From NCBI RefSeq assembly GCF_006345805.1, contig NC_042997.1, positions 182,404,001-182,468,000 of the forward strand: a stretch of DNA of 64,000 nt, in the 5' to 3' direction. This stretch comes from Octopus sinensis (Eukaryota). Every line of letters starts with the position of its first letter. Positions within the stretch are counted from its first letter, which is position 1. The position numbers and the translations under genes were made by a program. Of the stretch, positions 27,301 through 39,300 are shown in pieces. The notes beneath the pieces were generated by a model. The model was not told the origin of the DNA. It ran no database searches and was given only the letters and a program-made list of their open reading frames with translations.

Positions 27301-30300
27301 AAGGGAAAGTTTGATCTGAAAATTTTCTGAAACAGTTCAGTATTCTTCCCATGTCAGGATATTGTTAATATTTTCAAAAACAAACTTTACAGTTGGAAAA
27401 TTATCTTAAAGAAATGTTCCTAGTGATAATCTAATTACATAAAATATTCAACTTTCTTTCCCTCTGCCATCCAACCTATCATCTACTTTCATGCATCTAA
27501 TTTGATACATCAGCAAGAACTTATTATTATTAATACACACAGGCATATTTTTAATGGTCTTCATTCAGATAAAACTGATACATCACATTGACATATCAGA
27601 AATATCATAAGACTGGAACATGTAATTAAACAAATCTAGTAATTACAGCAAAATAACACTCAAAATTGAAAAAGAAAATATTCAAGAAATAAATAAATAA
27701 AGCAAAAGTTTTAAGTTCGAAAGGGTTAGATTGAACAGAATGTATTCTCTCTGAAGATCATGTTCCTGAAAAGTGAATGTGTGTATGTACGGATGGTCAC
27801 GCAGTAAAAATTAGTATTCATTGACAAAACAGTTAACTATTAATCTTTTTCCAAAGGCAGACAGAGTGAGTGTGAGCTTGTGCATGTATGTATGGAGCAT
27901 GTGTGAGTAAATGATGTGTCTGTGTATTATGTTCAGAGTTGACATGTTATTCAAGAAACTCTCCAAAATCTATCCTGTCAGCAACCACAGACTTACTAAC
28001 TCTAACCAATTCGACATATGATTAAATATATCTCTGTCAGAATATAGAAATAGGCTAATAGTCATAATTTTTTGACAGCAAAAGATATTGTAAGAAAGAC
28101 CAGTCCATTGCTTTAAAACCTAAAAATTATGCTTATAAATGCTACATTCATTAATTGTAATCAAGTTAATGACTTTTCTTCCCAATACACAAATGATACC
28201 TTTTGAAATGGAATTATTCTTGCAAAACACAGTTGATTCAATATAGTAAAGAAAAAATTCTTTAGATACAAATAACAAGTTCAGATAATCATTCAAGGAT
28301 ATATAGGTTTAAAATAACCAGAAATTTATATTGGCTAAATTCTAGAGGAATTTAACCATACACAATACTGTGTATGGCTAACACTAACTCTGGTAAACCT
28401 TAAGACTTAATTCTGTCTCCCATAAACTTCATTCAACGACCTACTTGCTGTCATATCCAATAATGCCCATTCCTACACAGATGACAATACTTGTCATTCT
28501 TCTTTATCCTTCCCTGCTGAAGCATCGTTTACATGCAACACCCCACACCAAACTATTACTACATGAAAGAAATCTTGAAAGCATCTTCCAATGGAATCAA
28601 GCCAATCTTTACCCTTTGAACAGCAAAATACTGTAAGCAATTTTGTTATGAAAACAAAATTAAAAAAATTTTTGTACATCACTCTCCTTAAGCAAGAGCA
28701 GCATGCATCTAGAACCCTTGTAACTGCTCTAGATTACTGAGGATCACTGATGGTGAATGTATATCCTGACAAAGCTAGTTACTAGACTGGCCTTTCTCTT
28801 CAGACTCAGAAAATATTTTAGCTTTCAACAATTACTAAGCTCAAGTAAACCCTGCAATGGAGCACTGGTCCCATCTGAAGTGATGCTATTGCTGCTACCA
28901 CAGACATCTTATGCTGTATTCAGGCAATGGGCACTGAACTGATTGCATTAAGCCATTCATAGATATATTTGTCTCTGGCCTACAAATGCATAGTTTCTTC
29001 TCCCTAAATTTCTGTCACTATAACATTGGCCTCTGCTCCTTCAAGAAGTAGCTTCAAGGAACAGAGGTCAATGTCATAGTAACAGAAATCTCGAATCTTT
29101 TCAAGATCCTTAAAGACCCTTAAGAAGCCTAGCTACTCTTACCATACAATTTTTAAGAACTGAAAATAAAAAGTATCAATTTCTCTTATATTTTATTAAT
29201 TATTGATTTACTTTTTTCTGAATCACATTTGTGTAAGAACAAGGTAACCTATTTCTTCACCAACAATCCCACTTTTTAAATCCAACCCAAACTAATATAG
29301 AAAGAAGTAAGACAATGATGAGGTTGATGTGACATTAAGTGTATTTGGGATGCTGAAAGTTCATACGAATTTAACCTACAAACCAATTACAATCAAGAAA
29401 GAAAAAAAATGTGAACACTTTAAAAGTGGTTCATTTTGTAACTTCCAATATTTGCTATGCCCCATGGCTTTAGGTATGGCTCTGAGATAACAAAAATTAT
29501 ATCCAAATATCTAATACATAAATAAGCAAAGACCTTAACATGTCAGATTCTCAACAAAGAATTATTATTTTGTAAAAACGTCAAGAAAAAAAAAATTGAA
29601 TATGAAGTTTGTCATGAGTAAAATATATTAGGCTTCTGCTTTCTAAAAGAGATAATTGTTAAGTCAAGAAGATCCATTTGTCAAGGACATGACACCCTCT
29701 CTAATTCTGGTGCCACATGAAAACTGTACCCAGTACACTCTGTGAAGTGGTTGCTGTTAGGAAGGGCCTTCAGACAAAGAAACCATGCCAAGGAAGGCAT
29801 GGTCTGGATAAGAATTTACTCAAATAGTAACAACCCATTAAACCCATGCCAGTAAGGTAAGCAGACATAAAATGATGATGATAAAATTTTTCAAATGTAT
29901 GAAGAGAGCAGTTGATAAAAAAAAAAAAAACATTCCCAAAATTTTCAGCAGACCACTTTCAGAAATAAAATACATCTCTTGACATATTTTAACCTGAGAA
30001 TATAAACCACACATTTAGTTTCCATAATTATTACCCTTGTTATGAAAGTACTGGAAATCCATAAAAATAAATAAAATCCACAAACAAGACCAACTACATT
30101 AAGAGACCAAGCACAGAAGAAAATAAAGAAAAATAAAATTGTCTTCAAACAAATTGAATTAAAACTATAATTGTAAATTATGAGTGATGTACATTATATA
30201 GATGAAAAGAAGCAGAGAGGAATGGAAAAAAATATTCAGATTTGGAAAATATTAAGAAAAGCTATCTGAGAATTAAAATTATATATACATAGTGAGTAAA

Positions 30301-33300
30301 TAAAAGTTTTAACTAATTTACGAAAATATACAAACAAAAATGCATTTTGATAGTTTCAATAAATTCACAGCTCAGTTTTGGGAATGCAAGTTTATAAACT
30401 GCTAAAAGAAAGGAAAAATTAATAAATTTTGCCAAGAGAGTTTTAAATACATCTTCCATTAAGTTTTTTACATTTCAGTATATAAGAAAAAAGTTATAAT
30501 TTTTGTTGTATGAGACAATATATTAACTAAAGCTCCACAAAGCAGCAGTTCAAATTAAAAAGTAATCAAATAGTCATCAACTGATAGAAATAAAATTTGT
30601 TTAAAAAAAATCTTTAAAAAAAATTTGTTTGAAATAAAAGTGATAGCAAGAACTGTTAACTGAAAATATGTTGAATGTACACGATCCAGGTGGTTTTTAT
30701 TAAATTCAAAGATTTTCATGATGGTGACAGGAGTGGTGTGAATGCACGGCAATTGTAATAAAATGCATGCAGTTTATATAATAATGATGCTTTTCTACAA
30801 ATAGGCATAATTGGTGGGTGTTAATTGTGACATAAGAAAAATGCAATCTCATAGAGAGAATTCAGGAATTTAAGAGATTAAAGAAAAAAATCATTAAAAA
30901 AAAAAGATTTCCAAAATAAAATTTAAAATATATTTGAAACTGAAAAAGTAGTCAGGATAGGCAATGAAAGGTAAATTATACACAAAATAGAGTGCACTAT
31001 ATAATGGTTAAATAAACCTACTCACATCTTGAATAATTGGAACCCCAAGGTGTTGCATATCATTTATAATCCATTTTTCTTCAGCTGGGATATGTGCATG
31101 TTGAACAAGTTTGGCTAAATTCTCTTCAGAAATACCTGAAATATTTAGGTTTTGTTGTTAGAGATGGATGTTTTTCTTATAGAAATATATTAATTGAAGT
31201 AAAATAAATATGAAAGAAAGAAAATGATAGCAAAATTATTTATTTCCAATTATTAGCATTTTCTGAAAATTATCATCATGCCTTAAATCTTTTGTTAAAA
31301 TGCATTCCACTTAAGAGCCAAAATGGATTTTCCCTCATAAAATGAATTTTTAATGAATTTTAAATAAAAGAAAGAATAAGTACCGCCTTTATGAATTATA
31401 TATAGAAGAATTATTCTAATCTTATCATAAGCTGTTATTTTTTGGTCTAACAAAATTGGTACGATGTTCCTCATGTGGTCCTTGATTTTCTCTCCATCAG
31501 CATCTGTTCCCATTGCAAGATCCTATAGTAAATATATATAAGAAAAATTTCACTAAAGTCACTCACTATGATAATAAATTTAATATTTCACTTAAAACTT
31601 TAAATTAAAAAATCATGGGGTGTCAGAGTTCAATAAATAATTTCAACAAGATGTATACCATCATACAATCAAAAGGAAATCCTATTTTCTATATTTTAAT
31701 TATTTAATCTACTGATGGATAGAGCTGATTTTAAAAGCTAAATGGTCATAATTGCTATAGTACAAAAATAATTTCTTTTTCTTTTTAGCACTTTATTGGT
31801 TATATCGAAAAATTATTAAATTCAAATTGATTGCAATATTATATTAATTCTACTTGTCATTGTGTTACTTGGCCCATCGGTAACGCTTTCATGTGATTAG
31901 AGAAAAAGAGGGAGAAAGAAGGAGTGAGGGAGAAGTGTCCATGATGTGACGTAGAAGGAATGTAATTGTAATGCTTTCACATGATTAGTTGAAGGGAAAG
32001 AGAGTTTTTTTTAACTAAGCTTTTTATATCACCTATTACTTAACGCATGCACATAAGTGCAATTCCATGAAATATTGGTGCTCCTTTAAGTGGCAGATAT
32101 ATGCAATTTAACTAAAGGTTGTATCATATGTATGGGATATTTTTTTTGTTTATAGGGAAAAATGGAAAAATAAGAGTGAATATTTATTTTATGAGTGCTG
32201 TGTATCAAGTCTATAAAATTGTGCATTAAATATATAAAGTGTATATAGATAAAGTGCATTAAGTAATCACCATATTCCAATTTCTTTCATCTTTCAATGA
32301 GTAGCAGATGACTGACTACCTTTCCAAACATACACAACACAGGTTACATTTTCAGGATTTCTGGATAAAGATTTCAGAAATAACCCAATAGATTTACCAT
32401 TAATTCCGTGGAATATTCACAGGTCCTGCTAGTAAATTTAAAAAGAATAAGTGGACATAAAATTGAAAGAAATTAAAAAGACAAACCTGTTCAACTTTAC
32501 ACAATTTGTCCACATGTTGTTGGTATTGCTTCATGCAATCTTCAGCTAAGTGGAGATGTGTGGAATATTTGGAAAGTTCTTTCTGATATTGTGGCATCTT
32601 TTTTAACATCTGTGATAAATCTTTAATTCCGGCTTTATCAGCTGTACCCATTCTCTTTGCATCGGCAAACTGCTTTAGTTTCTTTGTCACATTTCTATTA
32701 AGATTAAGCAGATTACATCAATTCAGAAAGGAAAAAGAAAATCTTATATTCAATCAATCACTCTAAATACACACATAAGTTAAAACCACAAAACATAAAT
32801 AAATCAAATTTCAATATTTTCTTTCTTTTTTTTAATCAACATTAACCATTTTTAAATTGAATCTGTTCTGAAATTCATTTGACAAACTAACTCATACATT
32901 TAATTGCTAAATTTCTTACCACAATTTACTAAAAAAAACTTTCCTTGAAAATTATAGCAATAAAATAAAGTTTCTCAATGCTGATGAAAAGTTGTGATAG
33001 GATGATATCTTCAAATCAGTTGTGACTTTTAAGTTCAAAGTACAAGACCTGTTTGGGTAAATTTTATGTCTAGCATCCATTTTATATGGCCTAATGACTG
33101 GAGTTGATATTTTTCAATGATGGTTTGGATTCCCATAGATTTTGTTCTTGTTAGTATCTCTTCCTATTTGGTAATCAGGATTAATTGCAGTTTTGCTGGA
33201 TGAAATCTCTACAGACAACATAACTGATGCTGATACAAGTTCAAGTTCAATAGCAGTACAGATACATGTTCAGCCTTACAGCAGTACAGAGAAAACAACA

Positions 33301-36300
33301 GCAAGACACACCAAACTTTTGTTTTGAGTCTCAGGTCAGAGTTGTGAAAAACACGTTAAAAGCACCCAAAAATTTTGCTTGTAGCCAGTTGATCTCAAAT
33401 GTAAGGGAGAAAAAATTGGAGAAGATGCTGCTAAGAGACAAAGAATAAAATTTTGACTAGTTCACTATTTGAAGAGGGTTTTCTTCCTTTTTAAGTAGAT
33501 ATCAGCAAAAATCTTTAGTATACTGACACTAGAACCAGACATCTTGTAAGTATTAATAAATGAAGTGGACATGGTGCATCTACTGAAATGAGCTGAATAT
33601 GGCACAACATGTGAGCACATGGAAGCTCACAGATCATGATGAATTATTGATTTAAGTTGGTATAGATTAAAAAGTCCACAAAAATCTTTAACCAGATTAT
33701 AGAAAAAGATAAGTTTCTGTTGTTCTCATCTTTTCTTCAAGTTGTCTGGCAGCAAACATCAAGTCAGTCTCTGAGAAAGAAAGCTGCATTTTCCTCCACA
33801 AAGCAAGCTTTGTTCAGGTAGTTTGTTCAATCACAGAACCAGAAGCGAGATCCACGGCCACAAACATCAAGGTTTGTTTGGGTAAATGATCCTGGATTCC
33901 AAAACCGAAGAACTATCAATGTATCAAGGTAGATATAAAAACGCATCCATAGAATTCAAAATGACTGCTGGGCAAACCAAGGCCAATAAAACCCAAAGTT
34001 ATGCTGACCAAAATTATATCACTTCCATTCTGCTAAATTGTACATACAAGAAGAATCATGCTTGAAAACTTCAACAGATTCTACAACTATAGAAAAAAAT
34101 TTTATTTATCCTTAATTAAAGATGTGTTAAAGAATTTTCTTTGTCTTCTTTTCAGTGGAGTATTTACTTCTTGCCAAACCATATGATGGTAAGATCATCC
34201 TGAAACTTGGATTTTCTACACTAGAAGTATTCCAGCCTTGGCTTGGACCCCGACAGTTTTGATAGCCCAGTATTTGAGTTGAGCGCTTCTCTGGAAATAC
34301 CCAACTTCACACCCAACCAACTTTAAAGATGTCAGTATTTTGACCATTTTCCAAATATGGACAAAAATGACTGTGAAGTATGTGGAGAAACACAGCAGGA
34401 TGTTGCTGTTATCATCAACAAGTAAGATCTAACCCTGAATACAAGAAGTACATCAATTACAAAAAATGAACTTACTGAGAGACAACTGCAATGTGTTGGT
34501 GTCGCATTTCTACCCACAAATCATCATTTTCATCTAAAAGTACTTCTTTTTCTGGTACTTCATTTCCACCAATATTTACATATCTAGAGAGAACATCAAA
34601 AGAAATAATTTAACCTTAAAATATAATACGTCATTAAAAATTATGTCTAGTGTAAATTTTGCAACAATCAAGATTTAGACACAAATTCAATAAGTGAGAA
34701 ATGATGAAGACAATGATTAAGAGTATGAAATCAGGAAAAACAAACTACAATAAAACATGGTACACTTATTAAGAAGTAAATGGAAAACATGGCTAATACT
34801 GTACCTCAAGTATAACAGAGTACCCACGTGCAGTTATGATAGCTCACCAGAAATTCTATCCAAATTGTTAGTAGGGTGACAATTAGTATTGGAAATGAAG
34901 TTAGTAATAACATAGGGACTAGAATGATGCAGAGTGTGAACATTTAGAGAACTGCTAGCACTGATGGTGATAATGAACTTCTTTGACAGCAGTTTATATG
35001 AAGTACATTAAAGAAATATAACATAGGATTTTATCAATTAAAAAAAAAAAGAGTAATAAATGCAGTTTTTGCAACAAGTGAAAGGAATAAATATGGACTG
35101 TAAGATGTACGAGGTTAACAAATGAATTGAAACTATACCTCCACACCAAAACCATGTAATGCAAACTGCTAATATCTACTGGGTTAAAATGTAAAATGAT
35201 ATGGTACTGAAAAGCACTAAGAGAAAAGGTAGACCATAGAAGATTTAAAGAAATGCTGCTATGACACCAAAGATTATTACTTCCTCATAATTAACAAAAG
35301 TTTAGAAATTGAATGTTCAAGATCTCAAAGCTTCTATATTTATCTTGATTCTCATGTTTTATATTTATCTTACTAGGGATACAGAATACTCTAGTATACT
35401 GTTAAATTATACAAAGATAAATATTTGGAATTAATAAAGTTGTGCAGCAAACAAGATGAAGTTGGATTTCTAAGTTGTAAAGAAATAGATGCAAGTAGTG
35501 CAATCTATCAGTCAATGAGTGCACTAAAGTTAAATTGGAATTTTTAGCAGAAAGCAAGCCCAGATTTTAAATGTTAAATGTAGACTAACTCAGGAGTAAT
35601 ATCTCTGTTTTAAAGATAAATTATTATAAAGTGAAATTATGTTATCCAAGTAATTTCATGAGTATCATGGAGCTAGTGATAACACATTAACTACATTTGA
35701 AGAATTTAAGAACACCGTCTTATTTTAACAATTGCAACAAAGATGCATTTTTTTTATATATGTATGCCACTGATGAAAATAGAACAAACCCATAACTTCT
35801 CTGAGACCTCACTGTGAATGTCAACCTCAAGTTAAGGGTAGATTTGAAACTATTGCAGCAAAGACTTAAATGAATTATGTATAATTCCATCTGCTACCTG
35901 GACATAACTCAATTCCTTTGCACAAAATCCAACAACTTATCTTCTAGGCCTTTCTAATATTCATAAGTGTTATGGTATTTGGCACTCAAACCAGGGCGGG
36001 AAAGTAGGGGACCTGCAATGACTGAAAAGAAATGAGATATGGATGATAAATAAATCTAAGGGAAGTACTGAACAACACACTGGTGGTTAATGAAAACTGA
36101 AGTAGAAACATACAAAGAAAAATTTGGCTGGTGATGATAATAAAATACATGTTAATTAGTTTGTATTCTTATAACTAGATACTTTCAACAGTGAAGTATT
36201 CAATTATTCTCTTTAAATTACTAGATCAAAATGTTCATATGTTTAGTTGTGTATAATTAAATAGAATGATCTAGTATTCACTAAATTAACACTGCATTTG

Positions 36301-39300
36301 ACTTAGCCACCTTCCTTGCACTTAAACCAGTAGAATCAAACACGAGAAGTTTCCACACAAATGATAACCATATTTATAACCCGAGATTTGCAGAGTTCCT
36401 TATTCCAATTTAAGTTAATTCTCAACATTTGGCTGGGCAAGTTAGTCATTTTAATAATATTCTGCCTCAAAATCAAACCAAATCAAATCAGATATCAGAA
36501 AGCAGAACCAAAATTGAGGTCGATCAACATCAGTGGAAATTGCAGCTGTGGTTAAGCGAACCATCAGATTGTGGTCGTTGCCGGCGCGCCCCGCCTGGCC
36601 CCCGTAAAAGCACCATCCGTTCGTGGCCGTTGCCAGCTTCGCCTGGCCCTGTGCCGGTGGCACGTAAAAGCACCATCCGCTCGTGTCCGTTGCCAGCCTC
36701 GCCTGGCCCCCGTGCCAGTGGCACGTAAAAGCACCATCCGTTCGTGTCCATTGCCAGCCTCGCCTGGCCCCCGTGCCGGTGGCACGTAAAAGCACCATCT
36801 GTTCGTGGCCGTTTGCCAGCTCCGTCTGGCACCTGTGCGGGTGGCACGTAAAAAGCACCCACTACACTCATGGAGTGGTTGGCGTTAGGAAGGGCATCCA
36901 GCCGTAGAAACACTGCCAGATCTGACTGGGCCTGATGCAGCCTTCCGGCTTCACAGACCCCAGTTGAACCGTCCAACCCATGCTAGCATGGAAAACGGAC
37001 GCTAAATGATGATGATGATGATGATGATCACCAACCAGCATGAGACTGCATTTGGTTCAATGTTTCAAAACCTCTTGTCTGATGTAAATTAAAATCCTTC
37101 ATCATAATTTTATGTAAGAATCTTTTATGTTCCTAACACCAGCTTAAATAATCCCTCTAAATTCTAGATTATTTTCAAGGTTAACTGAAACATATAAGCA
37201 GAGTATTTTATTTGAAAAGTAGTCATAAATAGATTATGTGAAATTATGAAATAAAATAGTTTAAAATACAGTCAACAATGAGTAGCTAATGTCACCTTTT
37301 CCTCACTGCATAATTATTTCTAATGGGACTTTTGACACACACACTGCATAAAATATATTAATATCAAATATTGTTTTTCTGTATGGATGTGAGGGATAGC
37401 ATCTTTTAAATATCTGCTAATCTTTCAAACCTACTTATTACAATATTGGATTTCAACTGAGTGATTGTCCCATCACTAACTTTTGCAGAGTTAATAAGAC
37501 TGAAACAGGTCCAGAGTTGTCTCCCATACTTGCTGAAATGATTAAAATATTAACTATTATTTTTTTTCTTGATACCTTATTGTTTATACTATATGCTTAC
37601 AGCATTAAATATGTTAATGCTAATGAACTAGACATAATAAAAACACTTAGAACTTACTTGTAAACATCATTTTCAATAGGAAGAAGGTCATACGCCATAG
37701 CTTGGAAAGTTAATTCATGAAGAAGAGGTGAAATAGGATCAAAACCTCTATCTAATATCAACAGCTGAGACCGATCCTTTTGCGGACCCTATATTGGGGG
37801 AAAAAAAAAACAAATAATAAACTTCAAATGTAATTTTCATAAACACATAACATACAAACGACACAAAAAAAAATGTTTAAACATGAACACCTTTAGTGAA
37901 TATAAATTCAATGATCTAAGAAACAAATACTATCAAATGAAAACATTCCAACTACCAGAAAAACACACAACATATCATTTCAAACAATTGTAGCAGTAAA
38001 CTATTTTGTCTAGATTTCATCTTTAACAATTATACAAACAAAAGTTATACAGTGCAAAGTATCTTTTACTTTATTTGCTTCAGTGAACAGAGCAGAAACG
38101 TATGTTTCACACCTACTTTAATGCATATATTTAGGTGAAGCAACTCCGGCCTTGTGCATGGAACAAATTTATACATACGAAAAATTTTGGTTGTTCATCA
38201 GTGTCCATGAGATCCTAATTTACTTGTGCATATACTGACTGTACTACTTTGTAGTATCTAGAATGATGCTGTACTGTCTAAATAAAGAAAACAAACAGAC
38301 AACCCTAAAGAGCTCTCTCTCTCTTTTACTCTTTTACTTGTTTCAGTCATTTGACTGCGGCCATGCTGGAGCACCGCCTTCAGTCGAGCAAATCGACCCC
38401 GGGACTTATTCTTTGTAAGCCCAGTACTTATTCTATCGGTCTCTTTTGCCGAACCGCTAAGTGACAGGGACGTAAACACACCAGCATCGGTTGTCAAGCA
38501 ATGCTAGGGGGACAAACACAGACGCACAAACACACATATATACGACAGGCTTCTTTTAGTTTCCGTCTACCAAATCCACTCACAAGGCATTGGTCGGCCC
38601 GGGGCTATAGCAGAAGACACTTGCCCAAGATGCCACGCAGTGGGACTGAACCCAGAACCATGTGACACACATCTAAATACAGTAGTGTAATGGTTTGTTA
38701 AAATATTTCAGATCAACAAATATAGCACACATTTTTATCCAATAGCACACATTTTTCTTGCAGACTTCTCTGAATAAATATCTTTCAATGATTTTAAACT
38801 GTATTTTGTTTATTTTAACTCTTGATGACTCATCCAACGCACACAAGCATAGCAAGGGAATGTAAAATGCTGCTGATGACAATAATAATACTAGTATGAC
38901 TAAGACTTTCTACCATCTTTATTACTTGGTTCATTGGGATTAAGTCTGCAAACATTTCCCTTTCATAGAGTGGCACCCTTGGGACAATTGTAGTTACATT
39001 AGTCATCACAAGTAACTTATTCCTGTAACAACTGATTATGACCAGCATTTCTCCAAACTATTTTGATACTTTCAACATCACTAATTTCTTTGTGAAAACT
39101 GTTTTTTACCCTAATTTCAAAATCTGTATGTTACTTGTCACAGTCCAACTAATAATTTCTTGTGAGGAAGTTCTTGTCCCTTTCATAATCTATGATCAGC
39201 AGTCAAGTTATAATGACACTTGAAATTTTACTTAGAGATGTAAACATATATTTTCAGACAAGCTATAAAAATGAAAAGCATAAAGTGTTTGGTCAGTTTT

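Noticed and set aside
34157-34421. Plus-strand exon-like segment (acceptor at 34156, [22 protein letters not shown], donor gtaaga)
   Set aside because: All frames across the segment contain stops, no protein family was recognised, and no partner exons were found on that strand.
34332-34434. Minus-strand acceptor just after the 34476 exon giving an alternative stop-containing exon
   Set aside because: The implied intron is only 41 nt.
36429-36976. Several GC-rich ORFs of 72-148 aa
   Set aside because: Read-through of the 61-bp tandem array inside a SINE.
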